A DNA stretch of 64,000 bases from Gracilinanus agilis (taxonomy: Eukaryota): the NCBI RefSeq assembly GCF_016433145.1, contig NC_058134.1:73487547-73551546 (forward strand). Direction: 5' to 3'. The position numbers and the translations under genes are program-made. Every line of letters starts with the position of its first letter. The stretch's first letter is position 1. The notes under the pieces were generated by a model. The model saw nothing but the letters and a program-made list of their open reading frames with translations, was not told the origin of the DNA and made no database searches. Shown here piece after piece: positions 37,678 to 49,677 of this stretch.

Positions 37678-40600
37678 TTCCTCCCTGTCATCCTTTGGGA
37701 GACCAGTCTCCCCAAAGGGATCATGGAAACAGAAGTACCTTATAACTTTAACTAGAGGTATATACAAATATTAAAGTTTTTAAAAGAGAAATTTTAATAA
37801 TTTGGGGATAAGAGAAAAAAGAAAAAGAAACTAGTAGTAAGTACAGTGACAAAAAAGCCAATTAGGGGGAATTCACCTTTGACATAAGAGTATGTATTCA
37901 AAATAAATGCATTCAATCCCCCCAAAGTTCAAATTCACCATATCTTAAAGTTCACTGGGGATCTTCTGTTGTGGCATGTGGTCTCTGCAGGCATCTTTAG
38001 GGCACCTTCTCCAAAAAGTTCGTCTTCTAGATTCCAGGAGGTAGTCTTCTTTTCTAAATTAGGCTCAAATTCAAATAAAAATTCACAACAGTAACATAAT
38101 CCCCCCCCCCCCCCAAGGAGAATAATAACACATTCCCCGCTAAGGAAGATACAGGGATACATATAGGAATCACACAGGGATACATGGTCAAGTCATAAGG
38201 TATTTGAATCAGTTATCAAAAACATTGAAGAAGCCAAAGAAATAAAAAATAATAATTGTTGAGTGAAATATAGGATATCAAAACCGTAAAAAAAAAAAAA
38301 GAAAGAAAAATTCTTGTAAAAAAAATTCACAAATCATAGCAGGTTCTTGTAGCAATCCATGTCCCATAAGCTTTGCAATGACCATTACTCACTAACCCAA
38401 TTTTGCAGTCTGGACTACAGTAAGTTGACACATCATGAAAGAAAACAGAAAAAGGAGATGAGATCTTGAAACAAATGGAAAATAGCATTTCCTGGTTTGA
38501 CTCTTTTCCTCACTTTCAGAGATAATTGAGTCAGAACAAGTGATATTACATACTTGATATAGAGTGTGGTAAAAGGAAGTCCTGTGTCTTAACATATGTT
38601 AAGTGACACAACCTCAAGTCTCACACATGATCAAGTCCTGTTGAGCAGAATGTCATCAATCCTCATAGAATTGGTTTGTTTTCTTTTACCTTTTTGTGCT
38701 CATTTGGTATTTTGCGGGTCAACTTCTGTGCTCCTTTGTGGTTCATTTCTCCTTGGATTAGACATATTCATTGAGCAAAATTCTCATAATATTTAAATAG
38801 CTAGTGGCAGGTTGCCATAGTCCAAAGCTTTTTGGGTATGCATTTATATGTGAGGCAAATGGACATTTAATGTTATTCTATTGAAAAAATCAAAACATTC
38901 AGAAAATCTTTTCAATACTGATGACATGTGCTTCAAATGTAAAAAATGAAAGAAAAAATCATACTGTATGGCACATGTAGGAAGAAAACAAAAATATAAA
39001 AAATGTGTATATTTCACAATCACAGAGGTAAAGTGTATAGAAGGTAATTTTGAAAAAATGAGATTTATTTCCTTTGTAACTTGCCATAGTCCATAGTATG
39101 AGTGCAAATGAGGTAGATGAAGCAATAATACATTCAAGAAAATACAAAAAAAATTTACAAACGTCCTAAAAATGTTACAAAAGGCACATCAAGTCAACAT
39201 AGGTCACTAATACAGATATTCTTTTGTGAGATAGACTATGTATCATTCTACAAGGGCAATTTGTTCAAGTATAAGGATCAACGAAATACAGTGAAACAAA
39301 ATAGTGCAAATCCAGCAACAGGGAAATCCTATCACAATAGTAAAATATAATAAGTACGGGTAATTATTCATTATCAATAGAGGGTCCTCATTTTACATGA
39401 CTACAATGAATCCATGAGTCCCTCTCAATAGCCACTCCAGAGTCATGGAGTCCTCACAATGTTGTTTGTAATTGTCTGATACAGTGGTTGTTTCCCCTCC
39501 TAACAATGATGTATAAGCAGGGGTAAATGGTTATGCCTGAATAGGTGGATGTCAAATGGTGAGATGGAGAGCAAGTTATTGTGACTCTAAGCTTGCATAA
39601 AAGATCTCTCCCCAGCAAATTTATAGGGGAGGCAGGCGTCAAGAGGAAAGAGTGCTCCATGGACAAGGGTCCTAAAGACACCATCCAAGGGAAAACTTTT
39701 GAACCTTTTGGGGTGTCCTTGATTACCCCACTATATTTATTGATCCTATGGAATTGCAATTGTATTCTTCAATATAGACCTAGAAGCTCCAGTGTCCAAA
39801 AGACAATCATAATTGGTGTTATCAACCTTTAATGTTACTCAGGGCTCATCAGTATGGGGGAGCAGTGGATAGGGAGAAAGGGTAGTAAGACATCAGTCTG
39901 GAAAATGAAAGGTTGTATCTTCTGATTCTTGTTAGTTTCTTGGGCTCCCCCCTGAGAGACAGTAGCACACTTGGTGGTTTGGGGACAAGCTCCACTCAAG
40001 ATATATGGTTGTGGAGTCATTTGGTATGATTTATCAATTGCCTGATCCATATTCCTAGAATTGTTATCAGTCCTAAAGTTGTGATTCCTGAAATCATCAT
40101 TATAATTATTATTTCTATAATTGTTATTATTTTGAAAGTTCTAATTTCTGAAGTTATTTTTTCTAATTGCTTGTTTCCAATTCCTACAATTCATCATTAT
40201 GTGAACCCTTTTTTGCACAGAAGTGACACATAAGGGACTGATAGTTAGATTCTTGGAGAGGGGCAAGTGCCATTGGTTGAGTGTCATGGCCTTTTTCTTG
40301 TTTATCAATTCTATCACATAAAGAGTTTAGTTTCTTCTGAAACGTTTCCATTAAATTATTGGTCTCTTACTGTTTTTCTTTATGGCCTTTAGAGACAAAC
40401 AGCAGTTTTCCTTAACTCGTCCAGATCCATCTGAGGCCACCTTGGGCAACGCTTTTTAAAATAATCCCAGACCACTTTGCAACTGTTGTAGACAAAATGG
40501 TTGCCTTATTTGCCTACTATCTCTTTCTTTAGAAAAAGCAAGATCAAGATATCTGTCCCCAAGCTCAATGAACCTATCCATGAATTGGGAGGGTGTTTCA

Positions 40601-41508
40601 TCATCAGATCATTTGAGGCTTTCAAATTTGGTCCATGCATCTCTATTTTCGGAATATTCTTGCATTGCATTTATAACAACTTCCCTTACAATGATATAAC
40701 TGCAAATAATCCTCAGATTTGTTATAGTCCCATTCAGGATCCTGAGATGGCCAGTGTGCTGCATTGTACCCTCAGACTTTATTAACATGAGACATGATCT
40801 TATTTTTCTCACATTCTGTTAGAAAATCCTTGAGTAAATTTTCAAAATCTTTATAAGATGGATTATATTGAGAAAATATGTTGGCCATCTTTTTCATTGC
40901 CAGATATGGTTCTTCTTCAAAACTGGGAATACTGGATGTCAATTCTTTTATATCTTAATGTGTGAAAGGTGTATGTTGCCTTGGGTTTACTACATCTCTG
41001 TTGCGTCCTATTACAGGCACTTCCCTTAAGGGGAAAAGGCCTTCAGAGGAATCGATCAATGGTTGTGGTTTCTTAGAAGTTGACTGTGGGGATACTGAGG
41101 TAGCATGGTTAGGAACAGGAATAGTAGGAGGACAAGATTTTTTTGGGGCTGGGGTTGGTTGTGGGGTGGGAGAAGGGACAGAGAATGGGCCATCAGAAGA
41201 AGCATCAGGGGAGGTAAGTTTAGACAGGAGTTGCAGAGCAGGAGAGAGGTTGTTCAGAGTATGAGAGAGGAGGTTCTGCACCCGAGATTTAGGAGAGGGG
41301 TCTTCCATCTTGATTTCAGGAGAAATAGGATTTTCTCCTCTTAGTGGTTCAGAAACAGGTTTGCAAAAATCAGACGTGTTGGAGACAATCTTCCTTTGCC
41401 ATTAGACCATGGAAGAAATGCATGAAATTGTCCAATTGAATTTGTATGTTGGCCTGCATTCTCCATTGGGAAGCTTGTTGTAACTTAACAGTCAAGAATT
41501 AAAAAAGG

Positions 41509-41705
41509 GGGGGGGCAGCTGGGTAGCTCAGTGGATTGAGAATCAGGCCTAGAGATGGGAGGTCCTAGGTTCAAATCCGACCTCAGACACTTCCCAGCTG
41601 TGTGACCCTGGACAAGTAACTTGACTCCCATTGCCCACTCTTACAACTCTTCCACCAAGGAACCAATATACAGAAATTAAGGGTTTAAAAAAATTTAAAA
41701 AAAAA
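41509..41705 (+). mobile_element. tRNA-derived SINE (SINE1_Mdo-like)
   Basis: Canonical head and A-tail. TSD aagaatt(a/c)aaaaagg at 41494-41508 and 41705-41719. Confidence 0.92.
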
Positions 41706-41906
41706 AGAATTCAAAAAGGAAAATTCTAAGCAGCATAAGGAGGCGGCAATCCAGAATCTTAAAGGTTCCTAATTGGGCAAAAGCCAGAAGAGTTTCCTGC
41801 AGAGGAACATTCATGTTGCTCGGTGTTGTAATTAAAACCATAGATTAAAGGGAAGTAGAAAAGAAAATAATTTTCAATGTATATATTTATATTTCTGATT
41901 TTTTTT

Positions 41907-44900
41907 CCTTATGTGCAGTTTAATGGCCCTGTTTCTTTTCTTCTTTTTTTAGACATTTATTAATATTCGTTTTTAACCTGTTTACATACTTTATGCCCCT
42001 ACTTTCCCCTTCACCCCCCGCTCTCCCCCCACCCATGACCAATGCACATTTCCACTGGTTGTAACATGTGTCCTTGTTCAGGGTCTATTTCCCATTCATG
42101 TCCGCCTCAGCCCATGCATTCAAGCAATTGTTTATCTTATATGTTTCCTCTCCTGCAGTCCTTCCTCTGAATGTGGGTAGCATCTTTACCATAAGTCCCT
42201 CAGAGTTGTCTTGTGTCATTGCACTGCTGCTGGTACAGGAGCCCATTACATTTGATTTTACCATAGTATATCAGTCTCTGTGTACAAAGTTCTTCTGGCT
42301 CTGCTCCTTTCACTCTGCATCACTTCCTGGAGGTCTCTCCAATTTGCATGGAATTCCTCCAGTTTATTATTCCTTTGAGCACAATAGTATTCCATCACCC
42401 GCAGATACCACAATTTGTTCAGCCATTCCCCAATTGAAGGACATACCCTCCTTTTCCAGTTTTTTGCCACCACAAAAAGCACGGCTATAAATATTTTCAT
42501 ACAAGTCTGTTTATCTATGATCTCTTTGGGGTACAAACCCAGCAATGGTATGGCTGGATCAAAGGGCAGGCAGTCTTTTATTGCCCTTTGGGCATAGTTC
42601 CAAATTGCCAGCCAGAATGGCCGGATCATTTCACAACTCCACCAGCAATGCATCAATGTCCCGATTTTGCCACATCCCCTCCAACATTCATTACTCTCCC
42701 CTTCTTTCATTTTAGCCAATCTGCTAGGTGTGAGGTGATACCTCAGAGTTGTTTTGATTTGCATTTCTCTAATTATTAGAGATTTAGAACACTTTCTCAT
42801 GTGCGTATTGATACTTTTGATTTCTTTACCTGAAAATTGCCTATTCATGTCTCTTGCCCATTTATCAATTGGGGAATGGCTTGATTTTTTATACAATTGC
42901 TTTAACTCCTTGTATATTTGAGTGATTAGACCCCTGTCAGAGTTTTTTGTTATAAAGATTTTTTCCCAATTTGTTGTTTCCCTTCTGATTTTGGCTACAT
43001 TGTTTTTGTTTGTACAAAAGCTTTTTAGTTTGATATAATCAAAATCATTTATTTTACATTTTGTAATTTTCTCTAACTCTTGCTTGGTTTTAAAATCTTT
43101 CCTTTCCCAGAGATCTGACAAGTATACTATTCAGTGTTCACTTAACTTATTTATAGTTTCCCTCTTTATATTCAAGTCATTCACCCATTCTGAATTTATC
43201 TTGGTGTAGGGTGTGAGATGTTGATCTAAACCTAATCTCTCCCATATTGTTTTCCAAATTTCCCAGCAGTTTTTGTCAAATAGTGGATTCATGTCCCAAA
43301 AGTTGGGCTCTTTGGGTTTATCATACACTGTCTTACTGACATCATTAACCCCGAGTCTATTCCACTGATCCTCCCTTCTATCTCTTAGCCAGTACCATAT
43401 TGATTTAATGACTGCTGCTTTATAGTATAGTTTGATATCTGGTACTGCTAGGCTCCCTTCCTTCACATTTTTTTTCATTATTTCCTTTGATATTCTTGAT
43501 CTTTTGTTATTCCAAATGAAATTTGTTATAGTTTTTCCTAATTCAGTAAAGAAGTTTTTGGTAGTTTGATAGGTATGGCGCTAAATAGGTAAATTACTTT
43601 GGGTAGGATGTTCATTTTTATTATGTTAGCTCGTCCTACCCATGAACAGTTATTGGCTTTCCAATTGTTGAGGTCCAGTTTTATTTGTTTGGAAAGTGTT
43701 TTGTAGTTGTTTTCATATAATTGCTGTGCTGTTTGTTTTGTTAGATTGATTCCCAAGTATTTTATATTGTCTAGGGTGATTTTAAATGGTGTTTCTCTTT
43801 CTACCTCTTGCTGTTCTAATTTGTTGGAAATGTATAGAAATGCTGATGATTTATGTGCATTTATTTTGTATCCTGCCACTTTGCTAAAGTTGTTGATTAT
43901 TTCTACCAGCCTCTTAGTTGATTCTCTAGGATTTTTTAAGTATACCATCATATCATCTGCAAATAGTCATAGCTTAGTCTCCTCATTGCCTATTTTGATA
44001 CCTTCAATTTCCTTTTCTTCTCTAATTGCTATTGCTAGTGTTTCTAGTACTATGTTGAATGAAAGAGGTGATAATGGGCATCCTTGTTTCACTCCTGATC
44101 TTATTGGGAAGGCTTCTAATTTATCCCCATTGCATATAATGCTTGTTGATGGTTTTAGGTATATATTGTTTATTATTTTTAGGAAGGGTCCTTCTATTCC
44201 TATACTTTTCAATGTTTTCAATAGGAATGGATGCTGTATTTTGTCAAAGGCTTTTTCAGCATCTATTGAGATAATCATGTGATTTTTGTTTGTTAGACTG
44301 TTGATATGGTCAATTATGTGGATGGTTTTCCTAATGTTGAACCATCCTTGCATTCCTGGTATAAATCCCACCTGATCATGGTGGATGATCTTCTTAATTA
44401 CTTGCTGGAGTCTCTTTGCTAGTATTCTATTTAAGATTTTTGCATCTATGTTCATTAGGGAGATTGGTCTATAGTTTTCTTTCTCTGTTTTTGGTCTACC
44501 TGGCTTTGGAATCAGTACCATATTTGTGTCATAGAAGGAATTTGGTAGGACTCCTTCTTTGCTTATCATATCAAATAATTTGTATAGTATTGGGATTAGT
44601 TGCTCTTTGAATGTCTGATAGAATTCACTTGTGAATCCATCAGGCCCTGGCGATTTTTTCTTAGGGAGTTCTTTGATGGCTTGTTCAATTTCTTTTTCTG
44701 ATATGGGATTATTTAGGTATTCTATTTCTTCTGCTGTTAATCTAGGCAATTTATATTTTTGTAAATATTCATCCATATCTCCTAAATTGTTATATTTGTT
44801 GCCATATAATTGGGCGAAATAGTTCTTAATGATTGCCTTAATTTCCCCTTCATTATAGGCGAGGTCTCCCTTTTCATCTCTAATACTATCAATTTGGTTT

Positions 44901-46495
44901 TCTTCTTTCCTTTTTCTTATTAGATCGACTAGTACTTTGTCAGTTTTATCCGTTTTTTCAAAATACCAGCTTCTAGTCTTATTTATTAATTCAATAGTTC
45001 TTTCACTTTCAATTTTATTAATTTCTCCCTTAATTTTTAGTATTTCTAATTTAGTTTTCATCTGGGGGTTTTTAATTTGCTCGCTTTCTAATTTTTTGAG
45101 TTGCATGCCCAATTCATTAATCTCTGCCCTCCTTAATTTGTTAATGTATGCACTCAAGGATATAAATTTCCCACTGAGTACTGCCTTGGCTGCATCCCAC
45201 AGAGTTTGGTAGGATGTTTCATCATTGTCATTCTCTTCAATGAAATTGTTGATTGTTTCTATGATTTCTTCTTTGACAATTTGGTTTTGGAGAATCATAT
45301 TGTTTAATTTCCAATTGGTTTTTGACTTGCCTGTCCAGGTGCCCTTACTAATTATTCTTTTTATCGCATTATGATCTGAGAAGGCTACATTTATTATATC
45401 TGCTCTTTTGCATTTGTTTGCCATGATTCTATACCCTATTACATGGTCAATCTTTGTAAATGTACCATGTGCAGCTGAAAAGAAGGTGTATTCCTTTTTA
45501 TCCCTATTTATTTTTCTCCACATATCAATTAAATCTAATTTTTCTAGGACTTCATTCATCTCTCTTACCTCTTTCTTATTTATTTTTTTGGTTTGATTTA
45601 TCTAGATCTGAAAGAGGAATATTTAGATCTCCCACTCTTATGGTTTTACTATCTATTTCCTTCTTGAGCTCTGCCAGTTTCTCCTTTATGAATTTGGATG
45701 CTATACCATTTGGTGCATATATATTGAGCAGTGTTATTTCCTCATTGTTTATACTGCCTTTAATCAGGATGTAATGACCTTGTCCTTGGGGTCAGGCCTC
45801 CTGGTAGTTCCCAGTCTGCTCCTCTGCCTGAGGTTCCTTCAGCCGTCTTTGGGGCTGCTTCCACATCCGCGCTCTGCTCCAAACCGGGTCTTCACTGAAG
45901 GTCCAACCCTGGGCTGGAGATCGTTATTCAAGCCTAGGGCACTGCCTTTGCCTGCACAGATGCTCTTAGGGCACTGCCTTCACCCCCGCAGAGGGTAATG
46001 AAAGTCCGTGGGCTGGAGATCTTTATTTGCACCTGAGGTGATGCCTTCAGCACTTGGGAAAGGCTGTGTTTTAGAGGCCTTTGTCCAGATCAGAGGCGGT
46101 GCCTTCACCCACGTGGAAGCTCGGGGAAAGTCCTTGCACGCCCCCAGCCCCTTGGGGTCCTGCGTCTTGCAGCAGACAGATACAAGCCCCTGGGCTGCCA
46201 GTGATTATCTGGTTGCCCCAGTCCTGTTTTCACACTTGTGAGTTGGCGTTGTGCGAGGTGTGTGGTGTGGGGGCTGGGGGAGGGGCTTCTTCCTCTCTCG
46301 TTTTAGTGAGAGCTGTTTCACCCCTTTATAGCGTGGAAATGCCCCGATTCTGCATACCTTCAATGCTGCGCCCTGTTGAGGGGTTCCTTCATTCTTCTGG
46401 ACTTGTTTTTATTTCCCCTTGAGGAGTCCTGTATGCTGCGGTCAGGAGAGATCGAGCAGCTGCACCTTACTCTGCCGCCATCTTAACCGGAAGTC
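41907..46495 (-). mobile_element. L1 with intact termini and near-complete ORF2 (stops/frameshifts); ORF1 deleted; 17-bp TSD
   Basis: 5' end gacttccggttaagatggcggc. ORF2 pieces 43967-45559 (EN C-part and RT), LFADDM (about 43945-43962), C-terminal CWRGCG...HCWWSC (42258-43121). AATAAA and tail at 41932-41961. TSD tatatttctgatttttt at 41888-41904 and 46507-46523. Confidence 0.96.
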
Positions 46496-46899
46496 CTATA
46501 TATATATATATTTCTGATTTTTTAAAAAAATTATTTCAGATAGGGTCAGCATAAGGGGTATTTTGTCTTATTTTATTTTATATGATGTTACATGATTTTG
46601 TTGGATTTTATTTGCAAAAAATATTTTTATTTGCAATGATTTTATTTATTTATTTGTAGTGTTGCTGCCCTCTCGTGGCAGAAAGCAGCCACTACACCTC
46701 AGCAGGAAAAGGGGAAAAAACGATTGAGTACTCAATATTTTCCTCTGGTGGCTAAGAGGCAAAACTATAATAGGGAGGTGTAAGGGGTGTGGTTAGGGTA
46801 GAGGTGGGAGTAAGGGAAGGGTTAGAGTAGCAGGTATGTTTAGGGTGGTGGGTGGAGTAAGGGGCATGATTTTGTGTGCCATAAACCAAAATGGGGGAT

Positions 46900-47750
46900 A
46901 TGACTGTTATAATTATGGGAGGTCACTTGTATCTATTTGAGGTAGTAGAAATGATGTACAGAGAGGAATAAGATGACACTTCTCCTTTATAACAGTTGCC
47001 CAGGCAGGATCCTTCAGTTCAAGTGGTTTATCCCTTCAGGACCCACCTGGGGTTAATTGATATATTGATTTGGGCTCTTCAGCTAGGATAATGACAATAT
47101 TCTGACTGCTTTGTCTCCCTTCCCAAAATAAGGTTTGAAACTGATTTAGGAAGGTACTTTAAGCTTTATATATTAATAAGAAGGATAAGGGTAAAGGATT
47201 GGGGTAATAGGAGACCCTATTTAATTTTACTATTGAAACTTTCACTGTTGGCAAATGAAGAATCAATGTAGCTTTCCTCTGCTTCAGCCTGGCTAGGGTT
47301 AAACCAGAGTAGGTAAACTGCTGGGAAATCTTCAGCTTCTTCTTCTGTAGATCTTAAGCCTAACAGTTGAGATTTATCCACCCTTCCACCCTCTTCTTCA
47401 TCTCCTGCCCACTTCCCGGATCCCTCTCGGGCCCTGGGAAACCTTGATAACTAGATGATGAAACTCCTAATATCTAGGGGCAGTAGACACCGAGGTGGTG
47501 GTCAATAGGTTGATAACGGTATATCAAGTACAGGAAGAGCTTGCAGAGAGATGCTCTCACTCCAAGACCAGGATCCACCAGTTTTTAGCCTCAGAACAGG
47601 TCCAGAGACCCAGAACTTCTGCTCAGGGTTCTCAACTGCCCCCTCCTGCCTTTTGCATGCCTCCCTGGGAACATTCTATCCAACTGACTTATCTGTCAAT
47701 CAAAGGTGAACTTCAAGCTCCCAGAGATTCAATATAACACTACAAAACAG
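46900..47750. mobile_element. LTR-like insertions in the leader of the nested provirus
   Basis: Segment tgttataattatggg...ggataatgaca (about 46903-47097), followed by a second non-coding LTR-style block. Confidence 0.45.
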
Positions 47751-48433
47751 GGTGGGTTTGCTGCTCAGGGTTCTAAAAGGGTCTAAAAGCTGCCACTGCT
47801 GGAAACTGGGAGTTGAAGTGGCTACCTTGCTTTTTAAAACTAAGTTGGGGCAGGGAGGGGTATGGGGATCTTACCTTTTTAGCAGGATCAAAGAAAGCAC
47901 TTCTAAACTGCTCTCAGATTTTCCAGGCAGTGGTGGGGGCAGAAGCAGGGAGAAAGCAGGGAGTCTGGGGATTGCCAGGGAAGGAGGGATGAAGTTTAGG
48001 GGGAGAAGGGAACCTTAGAGTGGAGGGGCTCAGCCAGGGGCCAGGCAGAAAGGGAGAAAGAGGAAAAGAGCAACAGTAGCAAGAAGCAGGAGGTCTGGAT
48101 CTGGCAAAGGAAGGAGGAGGAAGGGAAGGAGGATAGTAAGAAAGCAAGGAGACAGAGGGTCAGTCAGAGGATTTGATGGGAAAGGAGTGCTGAAGAGAGC
48201 TCAATGGGGGACCCAGGAAGCTTAGCTCCACAGGGGGTCTGGAGGGAAGGAGGAGGTGGAGGAAAAGGTGGATTGAGAAGAAGGAAGAATGGGAAGGATG
48301 AGGGGGACAAGGGATCAAAAGGCAGTAGATGGAGTGGAAGCCAGTGGTGCTTCTGCCTCTTGCATGGGCAGGAAGCCTGGGAGACTCCAGGAAGGCATGG
48401 GTTTTCCTTCTTACCTATAGGTTAGTTTCTGGA

Positions 48434-48451
48434 GTCCCTTTGTAGGTGCCA
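48434..48451 (-). promoter_or_regulatory. Primer-binding site, tRNA-Lys3-like
   Basis: Minus strand tggcacctacaaagggac versus TGGCGCCCGAACAGGGAC (13/18, three differences at CpG positions), 3 nt from the 5' LTR end. Confidence 0.65.
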
Positions 48452-48454
48452 AAT

Positions 48455-48685
48455 TGTAGATTTTAATATTCACTATCTCCAAAGTATAATATTTACAAAT
48501 ATTATTAATATTTAACTAGAGAGCTAGAGAACACAGGGAGTGTTCACCACTCACATGGAAGAGAGAGTGAGAGGATGTTACCCAAAACTTATATACAATT
48601 TCATAAAAGACACTTAAACAGAAATGAAAAGAGAAATTTGGGGTGAGGTAAGAATTCTAAAGTATATAAAATTTCCACTTATACA
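48455..48685 (-). mobile_element. 5' LTR (231 bp) of the nested provirus
   Basis: Paralog of 37419-37677, followed by TSD gccc at 48686-48689. Minus-strand TATATAA. Confidence 0.92.
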
Positions 48686-49657
48686 GCCCTATGGTTTCCT
48701 TGAGACACTAGGTCTTTTCCAAAGCTATGAGCAAGACAGTGGATCACTGCAACCTTTTTAGGCCAGTAATGGGCAAACTTTTTAAAGAGAGGGCCAAAGG
48801 AAAGGAAATGCTCATCTGTCAGTCTGTTTATAAGGCAACTCTTTCGAAGTTTCAAAGTATTGTATCCTACTCATTGTATTCAGCAGATTAGGAATAATAT
48901 CATGCTGATGAATAGAACATTTCAGGGGGCTGCATCTGGCCCTGCAGGGCTTGGTTTGCTCATCACTGCTTTAGGCAATCGTATGACCTCCAGAAGTTCA
49001 GCTATGATTTTGGTATAGGCTATTTCTTTGCCTACGCTGGTTAAAATTATTTTATTCCACCATATTTCTGCCATTGCATGAATGATTGAGAAAGCATATC
49101 TGGAATCATTGTATAGATTTATCCTTTTGCCTTTCCCTAATTTACATGCATGAAACAAAGCAATCAATTCTGCCTCTTGAGTACATGTATTACTGGGCAA
49201 TGATCTAAACCACAATGTATCTCTTTGTCACCACCACTCTGCCTGTAACTCTCTTGTTCCCAATCATAAAACTAGATCCATTAGTAAAAATCTTTGTCTG
49301 GATTCATTAATGGGTTATCTTTCAAATCCATTCTGTTTTTTTTTCTACTGAGATTGTTTCCTCACAGTTATGAATTGGGTCTCCCTGGAGAGGTAAATCT
49401 GGGTGAATAGTTGCAGGAGTTAATATATTGCATCTTTTTAAGGTGGTGTTCTCATTACTCAGCAAAATGATTTCATATTTGGAGAGCCTTTGCTGAGTGA
49501 AAGCCTGCCTATTGCATCTCTTTAAGATTGCTTCTAGCTGGCAGGCAGAATAGACACTACATTTGGATCCTAGCATGAGATCCATTGGCTTTTGGATCAT
49601 AAGTGCTGTGGCTGTGACTGTTCTGAGAAAAGGGATCATGCCTTTTGCCACATTGTC
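48686..49657 (-). mobile_element. pol: ERV pol RNase H/tether (middle part of the split pol)
   Basis: QEAELIAL...NLYNDSRYAFSIIHA (48922-49215) and KVAVIHCLAH...GNHRA, which joins GVTAKFTARK at 37414 across the TSD. Confidence 0.92.
48764..48968. mobile_element. hAT MITE (about 205 bp, OposCharlie/OC1-like TIRs)
   Basis: TIRs cagt(a/g)atgggcaaac / gtttgctcatcactg. 8-bp TSD ttttaggc / ctttaggc. Family name recalled, not verified. Confidence 0.9.
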
Positions 49658-49677
49658 ATTTGGTCCTGAGAATGTTA

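Larger units (their letters stand above)
37678..48454 (-). mobile_element. gag: Internal region of the nested provirus: leader, gag, protease, no RT/IN, AT-rich tail
   Basis: Pro-rich p12/CA junction PLREVPVIG...HTPFT (40955-41308), CA (40500-40812), knuckle CHFCAKKG.H...C (about 40190-40225), protease PINLLGRDLLCKL (39454-39759). Interrupted by a SINE, an L1 and LTRs. Confidence 0.85.

Noticed and set aside
43707-44282. Long plus-strand ORFs (e.g. 43707-44282, 63070-63531, 62401-62772, 7918-8190)
   Set aside because: Antisense shadows of L1 ORF2 or ERV pol with no independent protein features.
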